Source of the DNA: Verrucomicrobiia bacterium
GTDB taxonomy: Bacteria; Verrucomicrobiota; Verrucomicrobiia; Limisphaerales; UBA1319
DNA length: 64,000 bases
Direction: 5' to 3'
NCBI GenBank assembly: GCA_963664225.1
Contig: OY760937.1
Location: 1 to 64,000 of the forward strand
Part shown: one piece after another, positions 11,081 to 20,719 of the stretch
Layout of the letters: the number at the start of each line of letters is the position of its first letter
How positions within the stretch are numbered: the stretch's first letter is position 1
Program-made: the position numbers and the translations under genes
Notes under the pieces: generated by a model
Told to the model about the DNA's origin: nothing
Seen by the model: the letters and a program-made list of their open reading frames with translations, nothing else
The model's database searches: none

Positions 11081-11224
11081 CTATAGACCCAATTCTTCCT
11101 CGAACAACTCTTGGCTTACATCCCCAAGTCTTTCCTTGATCTCATCGATTTGATCTATGAGGAAATTAAGCTTTTTCACCGGACTCAATTGCCGAGTGTA
11201 ATAACCTACATCATTGTTTTTCAT
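11081..11224 (-). CDS. 47-aa micro-protein, copy A (MKNNDVGYYTRQLSPVKKLNFLIDQIDEIKERLGDVSQELFEEELGL)
   Basis: Below the ORF-track cut-off; paralog at 21022-21162 keeps start, stop and frame with synonymous or conservative changes. Confidence 0.7.
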   Translation of the reverse strand: MKNNDVGYYTRQLSPVKKLNFLIDQIDEIKERLGDVSQELFEEELGL

Positions 11225-11378
11225 AGGCTTTGAATTATTCCACTCACAGTCCGACTATTTCAGTGAACAAAGTTCCGTGGTGAATATGAACTTTGCACGA
11301 TAAGGATATGCCTGAAGTATGTTTGAGAGTAGACGGCAATGTATGCCGTTTGGGGTATGATAATTAATCGCTTTTCCA

Positions 11379-11789
11379 ATGTCATTTCTTCAAAAAAGCG
11401 GTGGTATAATTATGCCAGGGAATCACCTAATGATTAAACAGTCATTCTATTTAAACAAAATGCAAAAATATTCAGTTCAAGAATTCAATGATGATATGCA
11501 AAAAGTGGTCAAATTGATTGAAGATCACAATGACGACGAAGCCCGCAGTTATTTCAATGCGGTCGTATATCAAAAATATTCTGATATCCAAGGATCAGAC
11601 AGCGACAATCCTCTCTCAATAGTTATTCTATTTTTCTTCGATTTGGACGAATATTTGAATAATGAAGGGGCGCGAACACTGGGAGTAACTTCGCGCGAAT
11701 ACATCATCGGTTCTTTCTACAGCGATTACCGGGATGCTTTAACGGAAGCGCTTGTGTTTGAGCAAAAAATCAAATCTAAGCTGCGATAG
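11379..11789 (+). CDS. hypothetical protein (cassette cargo; start may be 11460)
   Basis: 136-aa ORF in AT-rich DNA, acidic and helical. Confidence 0.55.
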   Translation: MSFLQKSGGIIMPGNHLMIKQSFYLNKMQKYSVQEFNDDMQKVVKLIEDHNDDEARSYFNAVVYQKYSDIQGSDSDNPLSIVILFFFDLDEYLNNEGARTLGVTSREYIIGSFYSDYRDALTEALVFEQKIKSKLR

Positions 11790-11811
11790 TTCTGTATCGT
11801 TATATTAATAT

Positions 11812-12036
11812 TTACTTTTTGTTGTAGCTGCGATCCGAAGACTTATCCCCGCCGCTGTATTCTTTGTAGTGACCGGTTGACCTGCTCAAATCGTATGAAC
11901 GATGAGTGTGCTCACTACCCGACGTTGGAGTGATCTTGTCGCCTCGAACGTGATCTCGGTCACTGTTACTTTCCCTGACCTTGGTGCTTCCTTCAGAACC
12001 AGAGTCAGACCTGAAAAGTGTGCTCCAAAAGCCCAT
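11812..12036 (-). CDS. small hydrophilic hypothetical protein (cassette cargo)
   Basis: 74 aa, starts MGFWSTLF; SD-like GAAAGG upstream. Confidence 0.55.
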   Translation of the reverse strand: MGFWSTLFRSDSGSEGSTKVRESNSDRDHVRGDKITPTSGSEHTHRSYDLSRSTGHYKEYSGGDKSSDRSYNKK

Positions 12037-12186
12037 AAACTTACCTTTCTACCAATACAATCGATTTATTTGTCATTGCCCGTTCGGTCAATAAACCGTG
12101 CGGACAGCATAAATTAATCCTGCATTTTCCATATTTCAAATAAAACATTATTAACGCAAATAACGGCACGATCCAAGCGAAGTTTG

Positions 12187-12378
12187 ACCCTCCCGGCAAA
12201 TTTACCCGTCTTCCATCAATTCTTCCAAACATCCATACTTGGAGCATGATACAATAACCACCAGTCGGACAAATTGAAAGAAGGGGACAGACAGACGGTT
12301 CGAAAGAAGCGGTAGATATCGTTGACTATAATGTCATTATTGTGCTGTAATGTTCTAACATTATCCACGACACCAGCA
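12187..12378 (-). repeat. Repeat R2: att-like direct repeat
   Basis: Same invariant core; tail ATCCACGACACCAGCA. Confidence 0.9.
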
Positions 12379-12561
12379 CTCTTAAACAGCACCATATAAG
12401 CTGTGCTGGGAAATAATCCCTTCGTTAAGCCACAGTTTTGTTGGCTGTTTACTTTTTTGGCAAAACATGACCGGAGGAAAACCGGTAAACACCGGTTGCA
12501 AAGTAAACAGTGAACGCAGATACGATTGTACGTTTGCCTGGCTCGTGATAGCGTTTCCGCC

Positions 12562-13035
12562 ATGCCAGACAATCCAAGAATATCAGGAAGGGCCTTGAAA
12601 CATTTGAAGAAGATTTCAGGGCGATCTGCGAATATCAGCGATGAGGCGATTTACGATTTGGGCAAGCGTCTCCTCACTCTTTGTGACGTTTTGACTGAGC
12701 CCAAGGCGGTTTCCAACGATACCCCTGAATTGTCGAATGATGAGCAGGCGGCGATGGAAATCATCTACCAAAGATCTAGGAATGGTGAAACCATGCCCTC
12801 GACACGGGAGCTTGCCCGATTTTTGAAATTCAAATCATCGCGATCAGGATTTTTGCTGCTCGTTCGTCTCCTGGACAAAGGTTTGCTCCGGAAGCGCGGC
12901 AGAAGATTGGAATTGATGAGTGAAATTGAAGGGCATCTTGAGATCCAAGGACAGGGTCCGATCCTTGAGGCGCAAATTGTCCATCATGGCCGTGACAATC
13001 AACCTCTGCTGCTCCGGGGTCGAATCAGTGAATGA
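12562..13035 (+). CDS. LexA-type winged-helix protein with an N-terminal domain like the small LSR-partner protein
   Basis: LSNDEQAAMEII...PSTRELARFLKFKSS...LLDKGLLRK. The N-terminus (ISDEAIYDLGKRLL) resembles 24338-24553 (LSDDEAAEIAIRLL). No peptidase domain. Confidence 0.65.
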   Translation: MPDNPRISGRALKHLKKISGRSANISDEAIYDLGKRLLTLCDVLTEPKAVSNDTPELSNDEQAAMEIIYQRSRNGETMPSTRELARFLKFKSSRSGFLLLVRLLDKGLLRKRGRRLELMSEIEGHLEIQGQGPILEAQIVHHGRDNQPLLLRGRISE

Positions 13036-14325
13036 TTCTCGTATTGCGCCCAAGACATTGTTTTTCCAGGTTGCCCTGCCCGTCTTTACCTGCCCCTTCA
13101 TCCATTGCTCGTAAGGCACTGGGAGGGAAATCTGGCCCATAACGTCAACGAGTTGTCCAAGGAGGCGTCGCAATTCAATGGAGGGTTCGTCACAACCGCC
13201 GTTTTTTCCATGCCCACTGCAATGGTAATACGTGTACAGGAGCTTTTTCGGATTCTTCATCGCTCTGATAGCGGTTTTGCACCATGGGCATTGCACTTTA
13301 CCTCGATACGCAAACTTGAAATGACAAATCGAGCATATCAACTGGTGCTTTTCTTCTGCGGTGATGGCTCTGTCGCAGTTCCCACAGCGGATGAGACCGG
13401 TTAGAGCGAAGGTCTTGCGATTCATTGGCCATTTGTAACCACGGGCCATAAGTCGTTGGACTTCTGCATATTCCGTTTCTGTGACCATGGGTATATGTCT
13501 GCCGGTATGCCAGATGCCACTGGCTTTGGGGTATTCGTATCGTCCAACGTAAAAAGGAGAGGTGAATATATTGTAAATCGTGCTTCGCGACATAGGTTTC
13601 CCTCGGACAGATTTAAATCCAAGGACATTGTTAGCGATTTCCCAGACATTTGCTGGTGTGTATTTTTCGGTGAGCATGAGTTCCCAGCATTTGCGAACGA
13701 TGGGGAAGCGTTTCGGGTCTCTGGCGATTGTTTTGTGACCATTGGGATGGGTACGATTCAAATATCCAAGGGGAGTGCGACCTGGGAACCAGCCCATTTC
13801 CGCTTTGGTCTTGAGTCCTCGTTTAACGTTGCGGCTGAGGTCATCTACGTATTTCTGGGCCATGCCGAACTCCAGATACATCCAAACGACATTGTCTTCG
13901 GCCTGGCTGAATGTCTGAACTGGGGTAACGATGGTGAGACCGTGTTGCTTCAAAGCCCAGATGATTGACCCACCATCAACCGGATTTCTTGCCAGACGGT
14001 CGAGCTTCCAGCAAAGAACGCCTTCAGCTTCGCCTTGATATAGCCGTGTCATCATGGAATTGAAGATCGGTCGAACACCTGGTGCTTTTGCTGATTTGGC
14101 CTCAGTCAGCACTTCGAGAATCTGAATGCCCTGTTGTTCTGCAAAACGCTTGAGTTCAATGACTTGAGAATCGATGGAAAGAATCTGACAGTCTTCGGCT
14201 TCTGAGGATTTGCGGCAATACAGAAAATATTTGCGCGTGGTGGGGATTGCTTTGGGCATGGGACGTATGCTACGCCGGACAAGCTTATCTGGCAAATTCG
14301 GTAACTGTGGATTTGCGAGAACCAT
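12844..14325 (-). CDS. large serine recombinase 2 (coiled coil missing; start may be 14259)
   Basis: YCRKSSE (catalytic Ser), WKLDRLARN, LSRNVKRG, PLGY, GRHIPMV, LTGLIRCGNC...YYHC. Confidence 0.9.
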   Translation of the reverse strand: MVLANPQLPNLPDKLVRRSIRPMPKAIPTTRKYFLYCRKSSEAEDCQILSIDSQVIELKRFAEQQGIQILEVLTEAKSAKAPGVRPIFNSMMTRLYQGEAEGVLCWKLDRLARNPVDGGSIIWALKQHGLTIVTPVQTFSQAEDNVVWMYLEFGMAQKYVDDLSRNVKRGLKTKAEMGWFPGRTPLGYLNRTHPNGHKTIARDPKRFPIVRKCWELMLTEKYTPANVWEIANNVLGFKSVRGKPMSRSTIYNIFTSPFYVGRYEYPKASGIWHTGRHIPMVTETEYAEVQRLMARGYKWPMNRKTFALTGLIRCGNCDRAITAEEKHQLICSICHFKFAYRGKVQCPWCKTAIRAMKNPKKLLYTYYHCSGHGKNGGCDEPSIELRRLLGQLVDVMGQISLPVPYEQWMKGQVKTGRATWKNNVLGAIRESFTDSTPEQQRLIVTAMMDNLRLKDRTLSLDLKMPFNFTHQFQSSAALPEQTFVQETNEQQKS

Positions 14326-14429
14326 GGAGAGGATCTCCAGTAGTCCGTGTGAGCTGCGAGAGACAAATTATCTTGGACCGGAGCTCATTGTATCTAGACA
14401 AGGTGCAATGAATCTTGTAGAATTCATAA

Positions 14430-16265
14430 ATGTATATCTCACGACTGGTCATTCGCAACTTCAGGAATTTCAATCACCTTGATGTTCTAATTCGACCGGG
14501 AGTTACTTGTGTTGTCGGAGAGAACAACACCGGAAAAACGAATCTATTCCACGCTCTGAGGCTGGTCTTGGATGTCAACCTCTCATCGTCCTTTCGGCAA
14601 CTAACCGAAAGTGACGTCCATCGTTGTATAAGCTTAAGCAAGGCGCAGCAGGTTCTGATCTCAGTCGAATTGAAGGATTACGCAACAAAGCCAGAAGAAT
14701 GCGCCATGTGCGGGCTTTGGGAAGTTCAACCGAATGTGGCACGGCTAACGTTTCGCTTCCGTCCACAACAGTCTATCCGTGAGGCCATCGCCCGCGAGGA
14801 ACGAGATCCGAATTCATTAAGTTCTGAGGATTATCGGTGGGAGTTGACTTCTGGTACAAGTGGAAGTGAGAACGACCCTTCCACTGTTGAGTGGGATGCG
14901 CCGTGTGGAGTGGCTGTTAGGTTTCAAGATCTTCAGGCCTTCAAGATCGATTTTCTACCAGCGCTACGCGACGTTGAAAGCGACTTGCGCAACGTGCGAA
15001 CCTCGCCTTTGAGCCGGCTACTATCTGTCATGGATATTCCGCAGGAGGAAAGAGACGCACTTGTTGAAATTATTCGAACTGCCAATAGTAATGTCGAGGC
15101 AAGTCCTACGATCCACACGGCTGGCGAAGCTGTGACAACATCGTTCGCAGATACCGCGGGAACCGCCTTTGCACTACCTGTCAGATTGGGAATGATTGCC
15201 CCGACGTTTGCTTCCATCACCCGAAGCCTTACTCTTCTGTTGAGCAATGGTCCCGTAATTGACTTTGATCCGTCCCGAAATGGGCTGGGTCTTAACAACG
15301 TTCTTTACGTTAGTATGCTCTTGGAGTACTTCCGACGACGTATCCTACGACAAGGTACTGCTGGTCAGCTGCTTTTGATTGAAGAACCGGAAGCTCATCT
15401 GCATCCTCAACTTCAGCGTGTGCTTTACTCCAAAGTTAAGGAGAGCGCTTTTCAAACATTTATTACGACTCACAGTACGCACATAAGCTCGGCTTCACCG
15501 TTCGATTCGTTCGTAATGCTCACGGGTGGTGGGGATATGGCCACCAGCTCGACAGTTGCCTCCAGTATCGCGGCCCTCGGTGAATCAGAGAAGGCCGATC
15601 TCGAGCGTTACTTGGACGCTACTCGTTCTACACTCCTTTTCGCACGCAAAGTCATTCTCGTAGAGGGACCCGCGGAGTTGTTCCTGATCCCACCGCTAGT
15701 CAAAGCGGTCATGAATGTTGACTTGGAACGGTACGGAATCTCCGTAGTGCCGATTCACGGTGTTCATTTTACTTCCTACGCTAAGCTGTTCTCTTCCAAA
15801 GGGCTCCGGAAAAAGTGTGTGATTCTAACTGATGGCGATCTTGTGCCAAGCGACGGGACGAGCGAGGACTGTCAATCCGAAGATCAACCGAAACCCACAC
15901 GGCTCAAGGACCTTAAAGAGTTGGAGAACAGCTATATGCGAGTATTCGCGTGCGAAACAACATTTGAGCGTACTCTCGCCATTCAAGGGTTATTGCCTGT
16001 TCTGGAGGCTGGTGCAAAGGAGTTGGAGGCTCCTCGTTTGCAGTCACTTATTGCAAAAGCAATAACCAGTCTCGGAACGAAGAAGAGTGACGCTCGTATC
16101 AAAATACTGGATGGTATTGGCTCTGCAGTTCTGAACACGGCCAAGCGCTTCGGCAAAGCTCGTTTTGCTCAGGTCGTTTCAAAACACTCTGCTTTAGGTA
16201 GCGATCTCCCTCCTTACATTCGGGATGCTGTTAACTGGCTTATTAACGATGATCCTCACGCCTGA
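14430..16265 (+). CDS. OLD-family ATP-dependent nuclease (ABC ATPase + TOPRIM), GajA-like
   Basis: IRNFRNF, GENNTGKT (Walker A), LLIEEPEAHLHPQLQ, TTHSTH, VILVEGPAE, LTDGD. Confidence 0.9.
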   Translation: MYISRLVIRNFRNFNHLDVLIRPGVTCVVGENNTGKTNLFHALRLVLDVNLSSSFRQLTESDVHRCISLSKAQQVLISVELKDYATKPEECAMCGLWEVQPNVARLTFRFRPQQSIREAIAREERDPNSLSSEDYRWELTSGTSGSENDPSTVEWDAPCGVAVRFQDLQAFKIDFLPALRDVESDLRNVRTSPLSRLLSVMDIPQEERDALVEIIRTANSNVEASPTIHTAGEAVTTSFADTAGTAFALPVRLGMIAPTFASITRSLTLLLSNGPVIDFDPSRNGLGLNNVLYVSMLLEYFRRRILRQGTAGQLLLIEEPEAHLHPQLQRVLYSKVKESAFQTFITTHSTHISSASPFDSFVMLTGGGDMATSSTVASSIAALGESEKADLERYLDATRSTLLFARKVILVEGPAELFLIPPLVKAVMNVDLERYGISVVPIHGVHFTSYAKLFSSKGLRKKCVILTDGDLVPSDGTSEDCQSEDQPKPTRLKDLKELENSYMRVFACETTFERTLAIQGLLPVLEAGAKELEAPRLQSLIAKAITSLGTKKSDARIKILDGIGSAVLNTAKRFGKARFAQVVSKHSALGSDLPPYIRDAVNWLINDDPHA

Positions 16266-16566
16266 ACAACTAGCAGCCGTTAACTGCGATACGAACGCCC
16301 TGGTGGAAGCCTGTCCGGGAAGTGGAAAAACGCGTGCGATTGTTGCAAAACTTCTTCGCTGTGTTGAGGAAGTCCAAGACTCCACTCGGAAGGTGGCGGT
16401 TATCACGTACACAAATGCTGCGGTCTACGAAATTGAATCACGGCTAAGAATATACGGTTCCGTTCACGATCTTGACTCATGTGAAGTGTCGACAATTCAT
16501 TCCTTTTGTCTAAACGTATCCGTCAGGCGAAGTGGCTATAGGCAATGGCCGGGCTGAAGTGGTTAA

Positions 16567-16914
16567 ATGGGGGGCGTGAAGCACCGAACTGCATCCTCAA
16601 ATCGATTTCCGCAAACCACATGTGAACAACGTGCCCAATGGATCCTTCGCTATCACCAGAGTGGATTGACGCGGCGCGCCTTTGCTTCTGAGTATGGCAT
16701 CGGATTGTCCACATTGGGGAGGTGGCTCAGAGACCCGGTGCCCACCGCCGTGGAACCACCCGCACTGCCACGCCTGCAGGAAGTCCCTCTGGCTTCCCTG
16801 CTGGGAAATTCGCCTTGGGCTGCGGAAATCACCTTTGCCGACGGGACCGCGGTGCGCCTGACTGGGGACCTGGCCGACCGACTTTTGCAACCCTGGCTTG
16901 GGGCGCGTTCATGA
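16567..16914 (+). CDS. tnpA: IS66 accessory protein TnpA (HTH)
   Basis: SGLTRRAFASEYGIGLSTLGRW; first ORF in the IS. Confidence 0.8.
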   Translation: MGGVKHRTASSNRFPQTTCEQRAQWILRYHQSGLTRRAFASEYGIGLSTLGRWLRDPVPTAVEPPALPRLQEVPLASLLGNSPWAAEITFADGTAVRLTGDLADRLLQPWLGARS

Positions 16915-17246
16915 TCACGCCCACTGCCGCCACACGTATCTTCGTTGCCCTGGCTCCGATGGACTTGCGCCAGTCCTTTAACGGGCTGTGTGCCTGGGTC
17001 CAGGAGTCCTTGCGTCAGGATCCTCTCTCGGGCCATCTTTTTTTGTTCACCAACAAACACCGGAACCGTCTCAAGGCCCTTTACTGGGACGGCAGCGGAC
17101 TTTGGGTCAGCACAAAACGTTTGGAGCGGGGTCGATTTACCTGGCCACAAGGGGAGGGATTGCAGGCAAACTTGCGCGCCGAGGAACTCAGCGCGTTAGT
17201 CAACGGATTGGAGATCCGCGCACGCAAAGACTGGCGGCGAAACTGA
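16911..17246 (+). CDS. tnpB: IS66 accessory protein TnpB
   Basis: DLRQSFNGL, LFLFTN...LKALYWDGSGLWV..KRLERGRFTWP; ATGA overlap with tnpA. Confidence 0.9.
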   Translation: MITPTAATRIFVALAPMDLRQSFNGLCAWVQESLRQDPLSGHLFLFTNKHRNRLKALYWDGSGLWVSTKRLERGRFTWPQGEGLQANLRAEELSALVNGLEIRARKDWRRN

Positions 17247-17312
17247 AAGATTCTTAAAATAAATTGCGTATAACTATTGACATAATAATTTATATTGTTA
17301 TGAGTAATAACA

Positions 17313-18962
17313 ATGAATCCAGCACCGTCACTGACTCCCGAACTTCTGGCTCAGATGCCCGAGTCCTTCCGCGGTGTCGTCCTCCAGGCCGTTGGTCAGC
17401 TCGAAAGTCAGGTGCAGTCTCTGTCCAGCGAGAACAAGCTCCTGCGCCAGAAAATCGATGCCCTGATCCGCCAGTATTTTGGTTCACCCAAAAACGAGAC
17501 CCTCGATCCCAACCAACTGCTTCTGCTCTTGAGCGGACTGGCAGGAACCTCCGCCCCGGTTGCGGCCACCCCGGTCCAATCCGCCCCGGCTTCCAAAGCC
17601 ACGACAAATCGCAAACCGGCCCGTTCGGGGATTCCGGAGAATCTGCCCATTGAAAAGGTGGTGCTGCTGCCCGACGAGGTGAAAGCCAACCCGGACCAGT
17701 TCCGCCAGATTGACCAGCTGATCACACGGGAATTGGACTATGAGCCGGGCCGGTTTTTCTGGAGGGAAATTACGCGGCCAAAGTTTGTGCGTCGGACTGC
17801 GGCGGCCCCGGCCCCCGAAATTTCGCTCACGACACCGGAAGGCAAGCTGCCGCCGCTGGCGTTGGCCCTGGCAATGACCTCGTTGCCCGAGGTCAGGGAG
17901 GTTCTGATCGCGGAGCTGCCCAACCGGCTGATCGAAAAAGGACTGCCGGGAGTGGGCTTGCTGGTCCACTTGATTTTGAGCCGCTTTGAAGATCATCTGC
18001 CCTTTTACCGGCTGGAAAAGATCTTCCGGGAACGACACAGGGTGCCCATCGCCCGGCAGACAATGGTCGATTGGACCGAACGCCTGGCCGATTGGTTCCT
18101 GCCGGTCTATCGCGAGATGGCCGCTGGACTGCGCGCCGCCAAATATCTTCAAGCCGACGAGACCCCCATTCAATATCTGGACCGGGAAGTGCCCGGGCGC
18201 AGTTGCACGGGATACTTCTGGGTGTATGGCCAGCCAGGCGGAGATGTGATTTTCGAGTGGAAGACCAGCCGGGGCCGGGAAGGACCCAAGGCGTTTCTGG
18301 AGACTTTCAAGGGCAAGCTCCAATGCGATGGCTATGGCGTCTATCAATCTTTGGCTAGGGAACGGGAGGATTGGACCCTGATCGGTTGCTGGGCCCATTG
18401 CCGGCGATATTTCCATAAGGCCAAGGATCATGACCGGCACGCGGCCTGGTTTTTGAAGCAAATCAGCCTGCTCTATGAGATTGAACGACGTCTGAGCCAG
18501 CAGAAGGCCGGGCCCAACCTGCGGGAAGCCGTGCGGGCTGCGGAGGCCAAGCCCGTGCTCGCGCGCATTGGAAGGGCGCTGGAGAAAATCGAGCCCAAGA
18601 TTTTGCCCCAAAGCCTTCTGGGCAAGGCCATCCATTATGCCAGGGGTTTGTGGACAGAGTTGAATCAATATGCCCAGTTCGGGGAGGTGGCGATTGATAA
18701 TAATCCGATCGAGAACATAATTCGGCCCACGGCCATTGGGAAAAAGAACTTCCTGTTCATTGGCCATCCCGAGGCGGGCTGGCGAAGCGCCGTGATCTAC
18801 TCGATCCTGGGCAGTTGTCATCGCCATAAAATCAATCCGGCCCTCTATTTGCGTGATGTGCTCAGCCGCCTCCCCAACATGCAGCAAAGTGAGGTGCCAA
18901 CCATTACCCCAAAAGCCTGGGCCAAGGCACATCCCGAAGCGCTCGCACAGTTGCCCAAGTAA
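17313..18962 (+). CDS. tnpC: IS66 DDE transposase TnpC
   Basis: DHLPFYR, QADET, QCDGY, CWAHCRR, IDNNPIE, GKKNFLF. Confidence 0.95.
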   Translation: MNPAPSLTPELLAQMPESFRGVVLQAVGQLESQVQSLSSENKLLRQKIDALIRQYFGSPKNETLDPNQLLLLLSGLAGTSAPVAATPVQSAPASKATTNRKPARSGIPENLPIEKVVLLPDEVKANPDQFRQIDQLITRELDYEPGRFFWREITRPKFVRRTAAAPAPEISLTTPEGKLPPLALALAMTSLPEVREVLIAELPNRLIEKGLPGVGLLVHLILSRFEDHLPFYRLEKIFRERHRVPIARQTMVDWTERLADWFLPVYREMAAGLRAAKYLQADETPIQYLDREVPGRSCTGYFWVYGQPGGDVIFEWKTSRGREGPKAFLETFKGKLQCDGYGVYQSLAREREDWTLIGCWAHCRRYFHKAKDHDRHAAWFLKQISLLYEIERRLSQQKAGPNLREAVRAAEAKPVLARIGRALEKIEPKILPQSLLGKAIHYARGLWTELNQYAQFGEVAIDNNPIENIIRPTAIGKKNFLFIGHPEAGWRSAVIYSILGSCHRHKINPALYLRDVLSRLPNMQQSEVPTITPKAWAKAHPEALAQLPK

Positions 18963-20719
18963 CCGATGCCTTGTTGCGGGTGACTTCTGAAAGTTGCCAT
19001 ATTCGCCTTTCACGCCGCCAATCTAATCAGGCCAGCCCCACATTGCCTATTGCCACTTCGCCTGACGGATACGTCTAAACAATATTCTCAGCCGCTTTTA
19101 CTGGCGGATTGAAGGATATGAGACGGGATTTAAGCTCATGGCACCTGACAGCGACGAGTTCCGCGCAATTGTTCATGAACTGTGCCAGGACTTTAGCTTG
19201 CGAGTCTCTTCTGTTAAAGAAGAGTTCGAACGACTAACTCGCGCACCAGACGGCGAACCGGTTCTTAGCCGTAGTTCGGGTCTCTCTCGCGAAATTGCTC
19301 TAGAGTTTTGGAACAGGTTGCGTGCGGTACGAGCAGTGGACTTTTCAACCCTGCTCTACATTACGTACCGGCTTCTGAATGATTACCCCAGTCTCCCACA
19401 CGCTCTTGCATGCCGCTTCGAGTGGATTCTGGTGGACGAATTCCAGGATACTACAGACCTACAGGTCGAAATCCTTAGAAAGCTTCACAATGATGGAAAC
19501 GCTAAGTATTTCCTTGTCGGTGATCCGCATCAATCTATTTTCGGTTTTGCGGGAGCGCGCCCCCATTTGATGTCAGAGTTCGCTACTTACATCGGTGCGC
19601 GAAGGGACTTTCGTCTTTACCACAACTGGCGCTCAAATCCTCAAATAGTGGCACACGCGGAATTACTGCGTCCGCGTGATGTCCCTATGGTCGCGAGTGG
19701 GCAAAGTGTAATCAATCCTCATGGGCCGCAATACGTTCATGTCGAAAGCGTAACCAATGCTCTGCAGGACCACTTTTTACCGGGATTGCTTGACCTCGGC
19801 ATTGAATATGGCAACGCCGCGATTTTGGCCCCCGACTGGTTTACCTTATTTCCGATTGGCCGCTTCTTACGCGATTACGGGATTCCCATCATTGGTCCAG
19901 GTGCTAGACCTTATCGAGGCAGCCAACTATTTGCGAGACTGGCAGAGTATGTTTGTGCTTATATTGAAGATCCACAGCCACGGCTAGTGCGTAACATACA
20001 AAGGGAATTGCATCGGCTTCTACTCGAGATAGCAGGTATAGACAGATATGATATTCTAGGCTACACCGGCGCAGTTACTGTGTTTCGCATTTTGCATGAA
20101 GGGCAACGCTTGAGGCTCGCTGTTCCTTCGGCGGAGCAGTGGCTAGTTCGAGCTGCGGCCGAGTTCAGCAACATTCTTGTCGCAGATGGAGTGTTACCAG
20201 TCTCTGCGAGCAACTTGCTCAGCGAATCCGCAGCTGTAATCTGTGAACAGATGCGCAACAGCCGTGACATCGATTTTTCCAACATGACGGTTAGTGATCT
20301 TGGATTGTTTGCCGCGACAGACCAAAGCCTTCAGTTACTTACCATACATGCGGCCAAAGGAAAGGAGTTTGACGCTGTGGCTTTGGTTGGGTTGCATGAA
20401 GGACAACTTCCGAATCGGCGTGCGGAGTCTGTGGATGAGATTGACGAGGCTAAGCGCCTATTATATGTCGGCATTACCAGAGCTAAACGCTTTCTGCTCT
20501 ACGTCACTGATCAAGGAAGATCAACAAATCGTCCCTCGCGCTTTTTAGGAGGTGATGGACTGAATGTGATTGATAACTGTTAACGGACAGTGTGCCGCAT
20601 GGAAGCCTCAACCGTGTTCTGCTTGTTGTTAGTAGGGCTTTGAATACTTTTAAACCAACATCGAAGTTGCTGCCGTCGGCATATCTGTCAGACTTCTTAT
20701 ATTTGCAAAGCGCTTTCTT

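Larger units (their letters stand above)
16516..19072 (+). mobile_element. IS66-family insertion sequence (2557 bp)
   Basis: 32-bp terminal inverted repeats GTATCCGTCAGGCGAAGTGGCWATAGGCAATG (1 mismatch); 8-bp target duplication GTCTAAAC at 16508-16515 and 19073-19080; three-ORF layout. Confidence 0.95.
16249..20583 (+). pseudogene. UvrD/Rep-family helicase (GajB-like) interrupted by IS66; ~589 aa when rejoined
   Basis: 5' part has LTPEQ, ACPGSGKT, TYTNAA, TIHSFC. 3' part has VDEFQDT, GDPHQSI, NWRS, TIHAAKGKEF, LYVGITRAK. Removing the IS and one target copy gives the in-frame SFCLN-NILSRFYW. Confidence 0.9.

Noticed and set aside
17484..19013. 509-aa minus-strand ORF
   Set aside because: Antisense shadow of the IS66 transposase
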